From Candidatus Poribacteria bacterium (lineage in GTDB: Bacteria > Poribacteria > WGA-4E > PCPOR2b): a DNA stretch of 64,000 nucleotides. Position 1 is the stretch's first letter, and every line of letters starts with the position of its first letter. Made by a program: the position numbers and the translations under genes. This document shows positions 49,387 through 59,255 of the stretch, one piece after another. The stretch lies in NCBI GenBank assembly GCA_965116925.1, contig OZ220744.1, forward strand, positions 3,136,001 to 3,200,000. The letters are read 5' to 3'. Under the pieces are notes generated by a model. The model had not been told where the DNA came from. It saw only the letters and a list, made by a program, of their open reading frames with translations, and searched no databases.

Positions 49387-50733
49387 ATGAACGAGCAAGA
49401 AAAAATCCTTATCGTCGATGATGAACCCGACACCATCCTAATCTTACAGGATCGGCTCGAAATGGAGGGTTATGAGGTTGTAACTGCTACCGATGGGTGT
49501 GATGCCATTGAGTTAATCGATCAAGATCTGCCGGATCTAGTACTCTTAGATATCCAAATGCCTCGCCTGGATGGAATCGAAACGCTTACACACCTCCACG
49601 AAAAGTACCCCGGTATACTTGTGCTCATGTTGACGGCACACGGCACAATCCAACGGGCTGTCGAAGCGACAAAGCAAGGCGCATACGATTTCTTGGAAAA
49701 ACCCTTTCAACCAGAACATATTACACAAAAGGTGGATCAGGCATTAGAGCACCAACGCACCATCGAGCAAAGCACTAGGGCGGAACTCATCCACAACTAC
49801 GAGGAAATTGTGGGGGAAAGTCCGCCCATCCTCGAAGTCTTAAAGCTCGTCGAAAAGGTTGCGGATACGGACTCAACGGTGTTGATCCAAGGGGAGAGCG
49901 GTACAGGAAAGGAGTTAGTTGCCCGTGCACTACACCAAAATAGTTCGCGCAGAGAAAAAGAGATGGTAGTCGTCAATTGCGCCGCCATTCCAGATCATCT
50001 GCTAGAGAGCGAACTATTCGGGCATGAACGGGGTGCGTTTACTGGCGCAACTTACCAAAAGATTGGGAAATTTGAACGCGCTCACGGCAGTACGCTATTT
50101 TTGGATGAGATTGCAGATATGTCGATCGAATTGCAATCCAAACTGTTGCGTACCCTACAAGAAGGAGAAATTGAACGGTTGGGCGGAACAAAAGTAATCC
50201 GTATTGATGTACGAATCACCGCGGCGACCAATCAAGACCTGCGACAGGCAATCGAAGCCGGAACATTTCGTCAGGACCTCTACTACCGCTTGAATATGAT
50301 CCCAATCCACCTGCCACCATTACGAGCCCGTCAGGAGGACATCTTGATATTGGCGGAGTACTTCCTACAAAAACACAGTAAAGCCCACAATCAACCTGTA
50401 CGGTTAATCAGTCAAAAGGCAAGAGAACTGTTCATGCAATACGATTGGCCCGGCAACGTGCGAGAATTGGAATACTCCATTCTACGAGCGGTCCTCTTCG
50501 CAGAAGGAGATGTAATTCTTCCAAAACACCTCCCGGAAGAGATTCAATTCACCAGCCAACGTGAAGCCGAAAACGTCCCCGTCGGTTTGACAATGAAGGA
50601 GATGGAAAAGGAATTAATCCTCAAAACCCTCCAAAGAATGGAGGGCAATCGCACCCGCACAGCAGAGATTTTAGGAATTAGCCTGCGTTCCTTACAGTAT
50701 AAACTGAAGGATTACGAAACAGTTGCTACATAA
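49387..50733 (+). CDS. Sigma54-dependent response regulator (NtrC family)
   Basis: Receiver (ILIVDDE, LLDIQMP), GESGTGKE, GAFTGA, WPGNVREL, Fis HTH. Confidence 0.95.
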   Translation: MNEQEKILIVDDEPDTILILQDRLEMEGYEVVTATDGCDAIELIDQDLPDLVLLDIQMPRLDGIETLTHLHEKYPGILVLMLTAHGTIQRAVEATKQGAYDFLEKPFQPEHITQKVDQALEHQRTIEQSTRAELIHNYEEIVGESPPILEVLKLVEKVADTDSTVLIQGESGTGKELVARALHQNSSRREKEMVVVNCAAIPDHLLESELFGHERGAFTGATYQKIGKFERAHGSTLFLDEIADMSIELQSKLLRTLQEGEIERLGGTKVIRIDVRITAATNQDLRQAIEAGTFRQDLYYRLNMIPIHLPPLRARQEDILILAEYFLQKHSKAHNQPVRLISQKARELFMQYDWPGNVRELEYSILRAVLFAEGDVILPKHLPEEIQFTSQREAENVPVGLTMKEMEKELILKTLQRMEGNRTRTAEILGISLRSLQYKLKDYETVAT

Positions 50734-50811
50734 CCCGTAGGTCAATTTTCCAAAATCGACAGTTTTGTTCGACCTACTATCAAAAGGTCGAAATGCTTCT
50801 GCTGTGAAGTA

Positions 50812-52668
50812 CTATCCTCCGTGAAACCCTCGCTGAAAGAGATTAAAAATAGCATCAAGCTTCGCCCGATTCGCGGAATTCTCTGGGAATAGGCGAGACA
50901 ACCGTTCATAAAATTTCAAGAATGCCGGCGTAAAGTTTCGGTACGTTTGAGGGGATTTCTCGGCTTGAACTAGCTCCGTAATACCTTTCCACCCACTTTC
51001 TTGAGCCTTCAACTCCTCCTCAGTTTCTATAGGGCTGGCGACAACTTGCTCAAATGCGCGAAGTGCTTTTCGATACTGCTTATCCCGCAGATATGCCCAT
51101 CCAAGAGTATCAAGGAAATTTTTTTCTGTTGGTGCTTGTCTTACTGCGTTCAGCGCAAGTTCAACTGTCTTTTGGGGGTTGGTTCGCTGCTCAACGTAAA
51201 GCCATGCCAAATTGTTACTCCATTTTCCAGCTTCGGGGTCTTTTTTGACAGCACTCTGATAAAAGACTTCCAACTTGCGATTCCAAAACCTCCCCTCTTG
51301 AGGGTCAAGCTCCTTGGCGCGCATGTAAAAATGTTCCAAGTTTCGATAAAGTATCCGATTGTACCCCCGTTTATCTACAACCGCTTCACACAGTTCTATA
51401 TAGTCTATAAGTTCCGTTTTCTCATCTGGACGCTCGAAAGCTGTTGCTTGGTAAACCCGAAGCAGATTATCATTCCAAGCGGGGTTGTCTGGATCCGCTT
51501 GGAGTGCCTTTTCGTAGAACTGTTTCAGTTTGTGTGTCCAAGAAGCCTCATCCGGAAAAATCTTTAATGCTTCGATATAAAGGTTTTCAAGAATCGCGTA
51601 GGCGTTGGGGTCATAAGGACGTTCTAAGATTTGTTCCTCATAACTTTTGATATAATCGGGAAGGTCAGCGGGGGCTATCCTATCAACCTGCCGTTCAGCC
51701 ATCTCTCTTGAATCGGTGACGGCATGTAGGACCGGCATAACACCGCTTGCGATTGCCAAAACAACAAGTGCTGCGGCCAACCCCGCCACAATCCTTTTTT
51801 CACGTTCACGATAGCTAAAAATTTCTGGCGTAAGGACTATCCCGCCGATAAACCCTGTCAACAGTCCACTGAGGTGAGCAGCGTTGTTGACGTTGTAGTT
51901 GAAATGCGGGAGGACGAAGAATCCAAGAAGAAGGTCAATCGCAATAAATGGGAGCAGCCGTAACCCAAGGATCCGTCCCAGCCTTCTTGGAAGCCGATCC
52001 TTGTAGCGGATGCCCAAAGCGACGGCAACACCGATCAAACCGAATACAGCACCCGATGCCCCAACTCCAAGGGCATTTTGGACAAAAAACAGACTCGCGA
52101 CGCTACTGACGATAGCTGAAATCAAGTAAAAAAACAGAAAACGACTTCTGCCGTACAACCCTTCCAACAAGCTGCCAAGCAGAAACAGTATGCCCATATT
52201 CAGGAGCAGGTGCAGAGCGTGGGCGTGCAAAAAGGTGCTTGTTAGCAGACGCCAATATTCCCCCTCTTCTATAATTAGATGATAAGAATAAGCCCCAAAC
52301 TGAATCAGGGGACCCAAATCTTGGGAAGAAGCGATCAACCGAAGTTCGAGTGGATGAAAAACAGCAACATTCAGCACAACTAAAATGAACGTCACCACAG
52401 GTAATCTTCTTGGGTACTTGAGAAACCCTCGCCCGGTTTTTAACTCGCTTCTGCCGTTCTCTGATGGACCAACGTCTGTACCTTCCGAATCGCTATCAAG
52501 TCCCCACAGCTTCCGAACCGGCGGAAGTTCGCTGACAGGCTGCCATTGACCATCGGTCAGCGTTTCGGACAATACCAAGGCATCACGCGGGACTCGCCCC
52601 AGCTTTATCCATTCGTATAGCGTTGTCTCATCAATTTCAAAGATTTGATCTGTGATTTGAATTTTCAT
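50812..52668 (-). CDS. Rhomboid intramembrane protease with N-terminal GYF-like and C-terminal TPR regions
   Basis: WRLLTS.FLH..HL..NM, GASG, AHLSG; NNLAW..LDTLGW TPR. Confidence 0.88.
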   Translation of the reverse strand: MKIQITDQIFEIDETTLYEWIKLGRVPRDALVLSETLTDGQWQPVSELPPVRKLWGLDSDSEGTDVGPSENGRSELKTGRGFLKYPRRLPVVTFILVVLNVAVFHPLELRLIASSQDLGPLIQFGAYSYHLIIEEGEYWRLLTSTFLHAHALHLLLNMGILFLLGSLLEGLYGRSRFLFFYLISAIVSSVASLFFVQNALGVGASGAVFGLIGVAVALGIRYKDRLPRRLGRILGLRLLPFIAIDLLLGFFVLPHFNYNVNNAAHLSGLLTGFIGGIVLTPEIFSYREREKRIVAGLAAALVVLAIASGVMPVLHAVTDSREMAERQVDRIAPADLPDYIKSYEEQILERPYDPNAYAILENLYIEALKIFPDEASWTHKLKQFYEKALQADPDNPAWNDNLLRVYQATAFERPDEKTELIDYIELCEAVVDKRGYNRILYRNLEHFYMRAKELDPQEGRFWNRKLEVFYQSAVKKDPEAGKWSNNLAWLYVEQRTNPQKTVELALNAVRQAPTEKNFLDTLGWAYLRDKQYRKALRAFEQVVASPIETEEELKAQESGWKGITELVQAEKSPQTYRNFTPAFLKFYERLSRLFPENSANRAKLDAIFNLFQRGFHGG

Positions 52669-52698
52669 CGTCTCAGAAATTATTGTGATAGATGAGGA

Positions 52699-54444
52699 TT
52701 ATTCGCTACCCCTCACTCGTCCAGCCATCATCTCTTTCACCGCTGCCAGCGAATAGGTGTTAAGTACATCAGCCTTCTCCAGCCAACCGCGCCGGGCAAC
52801 GTTGATCCCGAATAGCGCACGCTCTAAGTCAGGGATTGAATGTGCATCGGTGTTGACCGACAGTAAGACCCCGCGATCACGTGCCTGCCGTACAGGGCCC
52901 GGTTCTAGGTCCAATCGGCTGGGAGCAGCATTAATCTCTAATGCGACACCGTGCGCTGCTGCCGCATCAATCACCGCTCCAAGATTAACTGCGTATCCCG
53001 GCCGGCGCCCTAACAGACGCCCTGTCGGGTGGCCAATGATAGTGACATACGGATTTTCGATTGCGCGAATAATGCGGTCGGTCATCTCCGATTCACTCAT
53101 TGACAAACCCCCATGGACGCTTGCTACAACTATATCGAGCTGCGCCAGCAGTTCGTCCGGAAAGTCAAGACTGCCGTCCTTAAGGATATCGACCTCTGAA
53201 CCAGTAAGCACTTCCATCCCATCAATTTCTGTGTCGATTTCACGAACCTGTTGGATTTGTGACGCCAACCGTTCAGACGTTAATCCGTTGGCAATCCGTG
53301 AGGATTTGGAGTGATCGGTAATAGCGATGTATTCATGCCCAAGTGACGCCGCAGCCTCTACCATCTGTCGTATTGTACCCCGTCCATCGCTCCAATTGGT
53401 GTGCATATGCAGGTCACACCGGAGATCGCTTTGCTCAATAAGGGTTGGTAGTCCCCCTCTTCTCCCCTCCGCCAGCGGGCGGGAAGGGAGGGTTGCTGCC
53501 TCAATCGAATCAGCACCACCCCGTAATTCAGGGACGATGAACGCCAATCCAAGCTGACCGTAAATGTCGGATTCCGTCCTGTTTTTTGACCAATCCGGCA
53601 ACCGTTCCCCTACGGTTTCAATACCTTGAGAGATCGCAATCTGATTGAGTTGAGCCAAGTGCGCGTCGGCACCCGTCGTTACGACTAAAGTCGCTTCATA
53701 TTCCGCCTCATTGGTGCAATAAACCCGCAACGGAAATCCCCTATCCACTGAAGCAACGACGACATCATCTTGTATCGCTGGAGATACCACACCTTTCACC
53801 CCGGACAATACTTCGACAATTCCCTGTGCACCACTACATTCCGCGACTAGCTCAAGGCTTCGCAACATCTCCTCGTGCCTGCGAAAATCTCCGGTGAAGC
53901 CTAGTCGTTTAATATCTGGACAATTTTTAAGTGCGTCAAAAACAGCATCTGCAATCGGTAAAATCTGCCGGAGTGGGCGCATCTTCCTTTGTGCTTCGAG
54001 AAACCGTAACCCCTCATCAATTGATGCAATTGTCTTGGAGCCCATCCGTTTCATCTGCTTGAGCCGGCCAGCATCAATCGCTGCGCGGAGGTCGCTGAGA
54101 CCTTTTACGCCCAACTCATGATAAAACCGTCCCGCTGTTTTCACCCCAACCCCCCGAATAGCGATGAGATCTAGCACATCGGAGCCCATCTCCTGAATCA
54201 GGTTATCATAGAAACGGCACTGCCCAGTCTCTAACATTTCAATAATTTTCTGTTCAATTGCTTTACCAATACCCGGAATTGAGCGAAGCGTTCCCTCCTC
54301 TGCCAATCCATACAGATCTGCCGAGAGTTCATCAATTGTGTCCGCCGCCCGATCGTAAATTCTGGCACGAAAGCTATCATCACCTTTGATCTGAAGCAGA
54401 TTGCCGATATTTCTAAACACTTCACCGATTTCGTCGTTTGTCAT
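52699..54444 (-). CDS. polX: PolX family DNA polymerase/PHP exonuclease (non-canonical polymerase site)
   Basis: HhH IPGIGKAI and IRGVGVKT; PHP DLHMHT.SDG, ITDHS, HPTGR, NTDAH. Confidence 0.92.
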   Translation of the reverse strand: MTNDEIGEVFRNIGNLLQIKGDDSFRARIYDRAADTIDELSADLYGLAEEGTLRSIPGIGKAIEQKIIEMLETGQCRFYDNLIQEMGSDVLDLIAIRGVGVKTAGRFYHELGVKGLSDLRAAIDAGRLKQMKRMGSKTIASIDEGLRFLEAQRKMRPLRQILPIADAVFDALKNCPDIKRLGFTGDFRRHEEMLRSLELVAECSGAQGIVEVLSGVKGVVSPAIQDDVVVASVDRGFPLRVYCTNEAEYEATLVVTTGADAHLAQLNQIAISQGIETVGERLPDWSKNRTESDIYGQLGLAFIVPELRGGADSIEAATLPSRPLAEGRRGGLPTLIEQSDLRCDLHMHTNWSDGRGTIRQMVEAAASLGHEYIAITDHSKSSRIANGLTSERLASQIQQVREIDTEIDGMEVLTGSEVDILKDGSLDFPDELLAQLDIVVASVHGGLSMSESEMTDRIIRAIENPYVTIIGHPTGRLLGRRPGYAVNLGAVIDAAAAHGVALEINAAPSRLDLEPGPVRQARDRGVLLSVNTDAHSIPDLERALFGINVARRGWLEKADVLNTYSLAAVKEMMAGRVRGSE

Positions 54445-54580
54445 TTTGTATGCTCTTTTTGCTGGTGTGTTTGTATGATGTGTGGGAATATTCTACCACA
54501 CGAGGAAGGAAGGTGCAAAGGGTTTGATTCCTCTAGCACCAGCGGGTTATGAGAAGTGGCTATCGGAGGCGGATTGCTGA

Positions 54581-56236
54581 TTAGTGTTGTTGCTGCAATC
54601 GGTAAACTCGTATCTCCGGATGCGTCAATGCCCGTATCGGAAAAGGTGCGCCTTGGTCCGAGATTGGTATACCGAGAAAATGCGGCTGACGCTGAAAACG
54701 TTGTGCGAGGACATATCGACCTGCCCCCCCAAAAACCCGCTCGTAGAATTCCACCGCCGCCTCTGTATCAACCGATTCCAACGGATACCAATCAATTGCG
54801 GAATAGTATGTTGGCTTCGCAGCGTAGTTCAGAAAAACCTCCGCATTCGGCATTGAGATAAGGACCCACTCCGTTCCCTCTCCCCCCTCCGCTCTATCCA
54901 ATTTCGGCAGAACCCAATCAAATAAGATCTCTGGTTCATGTTCAATCGCTTTATCCGGTGGAACGTTTGATTCTATCCATTCAGCAGCCTCAATGGTTGT
55001 TGGCACCGATCTCATAACGTTGGCAAAGGCAGCGGTGTAAATTAGTGAATATACGCCTATCCCGCCCAAAATGACAGCGGATAGGGTGGGCTTTGTCCAC
55101 TGTTTTGGAATCAAATTTCGGTGTGTCCAATCCCATCGAGAGAGTATGGTGCTCACCCTATCTATAAACCCTGCCGCGAATAGGATCAACACCGGATAAA
55201 TTAGCAGCAGATGACGGACAAATTTCAATTTGTGTGCACCGATGAATAGCAGATACGGTATCACAAAAGCGAGGAGAATTTTATCTCCATCTTTCCGTTG
55301 AATTATCGCCAGCAAGGTTCCGACAATTGCAAGCAACGCCAACGGCGGCCCCAGACCCCACCGCAGGAGCGTCCACAGATAGGTAAATCGATTGAACCAG
55401 TTAATTTCACCGGTCGCAAACAGCCCAAAGTGCCCTTTTTGGTAATGCGAGGATTCGTAAGCCAGTCCATCAAAGAATAGGTTCCACTCTGAGGAAAAAA
55501 GGTCAATCAGCCAGTACGGGCAGACTATCGTGAACGCTGCCCCTGCAACCCCAATAACGGTTGCTAATTTCAAGAGAAAATCCAACGGTTGAAAACGTTC
55601 GGATCGCAAGAACAGAAGGGCAGCAACGGATAAGCCTGCGAAAATCGTTGTGAACTTGACAGCGAAACCAATTCCCGCAATAACACCCAACCAAACGCAC
55701 CCGCCTTTTCCCCTCGCTAGCGGGAGGACAAAGGGGGGGAAGGAGACGGATTGTGTCCTGGCACAGAACCAGAGTAGCAGGGTTACGCAGAAGGTGGCGG
55801 GGATATCGACGAGCGCGAAGCGAGACTCATTCGTTGCATGCAGCATGGCTACGGCAAGTAATCCACCACCAATCAGTCCAATGGTGCGGCTGTAAAATCG
55901 GCGACCAACCTGATACGTCAGCCAAATCGTCGCTACCGACAGCAAAACGTTTGTAAAACGCCCCAACCAAATGACCTGAGCAACTGTGAGATCTAATCCA
56001 AACGTCTCTAAAACCACACAGATCAACGCAACTAGGTAAAACCAAGCAGTTCCGGGCCAATTATAGATCTGAGGCGGAGATTCAAGATGGATAAGGTTGA
56101 GGATGTCCTGTGCAATCAGCGGTTCACGCGGATCAGGATGGTTGGGCAAGCCGACATCAAGCCCAACGATTCGGAGAGCGAACCCGACCATCAGGATAGG
56201 GAGGAGTACCGGATCAATTCGAGAGAAGCGCATCAT
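54581..56236 (-). CDS. GT39/ArnT-like membrane glycosyltransferase
   Basis: HPD..E near the N-terminus, multiple TM helices, A.K motif. Confidence 0.78.
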   Translation of the reverse strand: MMRFSRIDPVLLPILMVGFALRIVGLDVGLPNHPDPREPLIAQDILNLIHLESPPQIYNWPGTAWFYLVALICVVLETFGLDLTVAQVIWLGRFTNVLLSVATIWLTYQVGRRFYSRTIGLIGGGLLAVAMLHATNESRFALVDIPATFCVTLLLWFCARTQSVSFPPFVLPLARGKGGCVWLGVIAGIGFAVKFTTIFAGLSVAALLFLRSERFQPLDFLLKLATVIGVAGAAFTIVCPYWLIDLFSSEWNLFFDGLAYESSHYQKGHFGLFATGEINWFNRFTYLWTLLRWGLGPPLALLAIVGTLLAIIQRKDGDKILLAFVIPYLLFIGAHKLKFVRHLLLIYPVLILFAAGFIDRVSTILSRWDWTHRNLIPKQWTKPTLSAVILGGIGVYSLIYTAAFANVMRSVPTTIEAAEWIESNVPPDKAIEHEPEILFDWVLPKLDRAEGGEGTEWVLISMPNAEVFLNYAAKPTYYSAIDWYPLESVDTEAAVEFYERVFGGAGRYVLAQRFQRQPHFLGIPISDQGAPFPIRALTHPEIRVYRLQQQH

Positions 56237-56281
56237 TCTTCAAGGCGTACACAGGCATCTCAACTTCCAATTATCAGCAGC

Positions 56282-56899
56282 TTATTGGGTAACCTTCGCC
56301 CACATGTCATCAGAAATTGCGGATTTAATCTTCTCCGATTGATCCGACATCGCTGGCAGTTCCAGTTTCTTGAAAATCTGCCGCCACCGCTCTGGTTGAG
56401 TAACATCGACATAGACCGGCAAGAAGCCAAGGTTTAGATAGGTCTTGATCGCCGGCAGCCGAAAGTCATCGGTGCCGAGTTTAGCGCACTTGAAGCTGTG
56501 TTCTCGAAGGTACAACAGCACGCTGAGCGTTACACATCTACCCAGCTTATGTCCGGTGTGAGCAGAGTGGACGCCAACCATGTGGACAATGCCAACATCT
56601 GTCTCATCGGGCGTATCTTTCCACGCACATGTCGTACCGACCGGCGTGCCTTGATAGGTCGCAAAATAGAGCCCCTCTGGATCAAACACATCGCGATCCA
56701 TAATATCCCGGCGGGCGTCTGCAGCCGTGCGTTCACCACCAAACGAGTCGCTGATCACGTTCGCCCAGTGTACATCATCCCCCTCTTGGTAGGTGCGGAT
56801 TTCATACCCCGCTGGAATCTCCACTGGGGGTAATCCATCCAAATTGGGTCGAACCATTCTCAATTGCCTTGCCATCGAGTTCTCCTGTGTATATGGCAT
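56282..56899 (-). CDS. GNAT family acetyltransferase
   Basis: VGV..AHTGHKLG, AIKTYLNLGF. Confidence 0.82.
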   Translation of the reverse strand: MPYTQENSMARQLRMVRPNLDGLPPVEIPAGYEIRTYQEGDDVHWANVISDSFGGERTAADARRDIMDRDVFDPEGLYFATYQGTPVGTTCAWKDTPDETDVGIVHMVGVHSAHTGHKLGRCVTLSVLLYLREHSFKCAKLGTDDFRLPAIKTYLNLGFLPVYVDVTQPERWRQIFKKLELPAMSDQSEKIKSAISDDMWAKVTQ

Positions 56900-56917
56900 T
56901 TTGAAGCCAGTGATAAA

Positions 56918-57826
56918 CTAACTCAACTCGGTACTCGACATCTGCTCCAGAGCGAGCATAAGGGCTTGAGTCCCCAGACGCCCATGACCTTGGGCTTGGA
57001 CAGCGAGATATAGTTGATGCACAAGGGCGAGTCCGGGCAAGCTAAGGTCCATCTTCTTGGCTTCATCAAGTGCGATACCCATGTCCTTGATGAAGTGCTC
57101 CACGAAGAAGCCGGGGTCGAAATTACGTTGGAGAATGCGAGGGGCAAGGTTATCAAGCGACCAACAGGCAGCTGCGCCGCCGCTAATCGACGAGAGCATC
57201 GTCTCCAAGTCTAATCCCGCTTTGTAGCCGTAGAGCAGCGCTTCACAAACACCAGCCATCGTTCCAGCAATCGTGATTTGGTTACACATCTTCGTGTGCT
57301 GCCCGGCACCCGCGCCACCCTGATGCACGATATTTTGACCCATCGCTTCAAAGAGCGGCATGACAGCTTCAACGGCATCGGCATCGCCGCCCACCATAAT
57401 AGAAAGTCGTGCTTCCCGCGCACCAACATCACCGCCGGAAACGGGCGCATCAATAGAAGATACGCCTTGCGGTTTCGCTGCTTCATAAATCTCTTGTGCT
57501 AACGAAGGCTCCGTGGTTGTCATGTCAACAACCATACTGCCAGACTTCGCGCCTTTCAAAATGCCATTGTCGCCGAGATAGACTTCGCGCACATCGGGTG
57601 GGAACCCGACGATGCTGAAGATAACATCTGACGCTGCAGCAACCTCGCTCGGCGAATCCGCCCATGAGGCACCGTCATCAAGCAACGGTTGCGCTTTTGA
57701 TTTGGTTCGATTGTAGACCGTCGCCGAATACCCGAGATCCATGATGTGTTGGCACATCCAGCGTCCCATCACGCCTGTACCAACCCAGCCAATTTTCGTA
57801 CTCTGTGGATCGATTGTTGTTGCCAT
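56918..57826 (-). CDS. Beta-hydroxyacid dehydrogenase (tartronate semialdehyde reductase/3-HIBADH family)
   Basis: [26 protein letters not shown]...KD. Confidence 0.92.
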   Translation of the reverse strand: MATTIDPQSTKIGWVGTGVMGRWMCQHIMDLGYSATVYNRTKSKAQPLLDDGASWADSPSEVAAASDVIFSIVGFPPDVREVYLGDNGILKGAKSGSMVVDMTTTEPSLAQEIYEAAKPQGVSSIDAPVSGGDVGAREARLSIMVGGDADAVEAVMPLFEAMGQNIVHQGGAGAGQHTKMCNQITIAGTMAGVCEALLYGYKAGLDLETMLSSISGGAAACWSLDNLAPRILQRNFDPGFFVEHFIKDMGIALDEAKKMDLSLPGLALVHQLYLAVQAQGHGRLGTQALMLALEQMSSTELS

Positions 57827-57845
57827 AATTTTGTCTCCTTAGAAT

Positions 57846-58066
57846 TATAGTGAATTCAAAAAATAAAGAAACACTTGCGCCACCCCGGTAGGTGCGGTTT
57901 GATGAAGTTTAAGTATTTAAATCGGTAATCCCGCTTTTCCTCGAAACATACGGTAGGCGCGGTTTTCAACCGCGCTGGTGTCGCTAGCAAATTACCGAAT
58001 TATTTTTTTAATTTTCATTAACCGCACCGGTTTGGCGTGTCCCATTAATTCTACAATCTACTATAA
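57846..58066. mobile_element. Nested MITE cassette
   Basis: TAGTGAATTC...TCTACTA element with an ATGAA...TTCAT element (57902-58018) in its REP loop. Confidence 0.8.
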
Positions 58067-58218
58067 CTATAGGTTACGGTTCATGTTAAAAAATCATACA
58101 GCAGAAACCGAGTTTTTTCTTCAAAGCTCGGTTTCTCTTAGAATTTTACACTTTCTTGTTATATAACCCTTGTAGGTAGGACACCAATGAACTACTGAAC
58201 TAATGAACCAATGCACAA

Positions 58219-59217
58219 TTAGAACCAGCCATTCGCCCGATACCAGTCTGCCGTTTCCTGAATCCCTTTCTCGAGGAAATAGATTGGACAATAGCCGAGT
58301 TCCTTTTGTGCCTTTGTACTGTCACAGATCCAAAATCGCTGCTTTAGATCTCGCACTTTTTGGCGGTTCAAGGTTGGAGTTTGGCGCGTAATCTTCGCTG
58401 CAGCCTCCGTAAAGATCGAAATACAATCCAGCAAGAAAAACGGCACTTTCACCTTGAGCGGACGCTTTTCCAGCGCATCAGCAATGACGCGCTCAATCCC
58501 CAGCCATGTATGAATATCCCCATCCGTCAGAAAATAGGTCTCACCGACCGCACACTCGGATACAGCAGCGGTATAAATTCCTGCCACCAAATCCTTCACA
58601 TGCACCAAGCTCAACAACTTATCTGCATCACCAAGGATCGGTATCATCCCACGATTAATCATCTGAAAAAAGAGGAAAATGTCCGAATCCCTCGGTCCAT
58701 ACACTGCTGGTGGACGAATAATCGTTATCGGTAGCCGATCTGCATACTCACGAACAACCATCTCACCTTTGAGTTTGCTGCTACCGTAGTCCGTCAGCGG
58801 TTGTGGCGTAACATCTTCCGTGTTCGGTGTTGCATTGCAACTGGGACCGACTGCAGCGAGGCTGCTGCAATAGACAAACCGACCTAAATTTGTCTGTGCA
58901 CTTAAACACGCTTCAACGAGATGCTTTGTGCCTTCAGCGTTAACCCGGTCATAAATTGCAGCGTCCGGCGCTTTGGTCAAGCCGGCGAGATGAAAAACCA
59001 AATCAACATCTCGGACATGCTGTGCCAGAATATCAGTATCGTGCAGGTCACCCGTAACTATGTGGACTTGCGGCGATTTGGTGTCAAGGAGTTGGCTAAG
59101 CCAACGTAGATTACTCGTTTTGCGGATTAAGCAGGTGACCTGATAGCCTTGATCGACAAGTCGCTCGACCAGATGGCTGCCGATGAAACCTGTTCCGCCG
59201 GTGACATAAGCCTTCAT
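58219..59217 (-). CDS. NAD-dependent epimerase/dehydratase family protein
   Basis: TGGTGFIG, HLAG, YGSSK, RPPAVYGP. Confidence 0.92.
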   Translation of the reverse strand: MKAYVTGGTGFIGSHLVERLVDQGYQVTCLIRKTSNLRWLSQLLDTKSPQVHIVTGDLHDTDILAQHVRDVDLVFHLAGLTKAPDAAIYDRVNAEGTKHLVEACLSAQTNLGRFVYCSSLAAVGPSCNATPNTEDVTPQPLTDYGSSKLKGEMVVREYADRLPITIIRPPAVYGPRDSDIFLFFQMINRGMIPILGDADKLLSLVHVKDLVAGIYTAAVSECAVGETYFLTDGDIHTWLGIERVIADALEKRPLKVKVPFFLLDCISIFTEAAAKITRQTPTLNRQKVRDLKQRFWICDSTKAQKELGYCPIYFLEKGIQETADWYRANGWF

Positions 59218-59255
59218 AGGCGATACCTGTACGAACTTATGAACTCCACGCGAGT

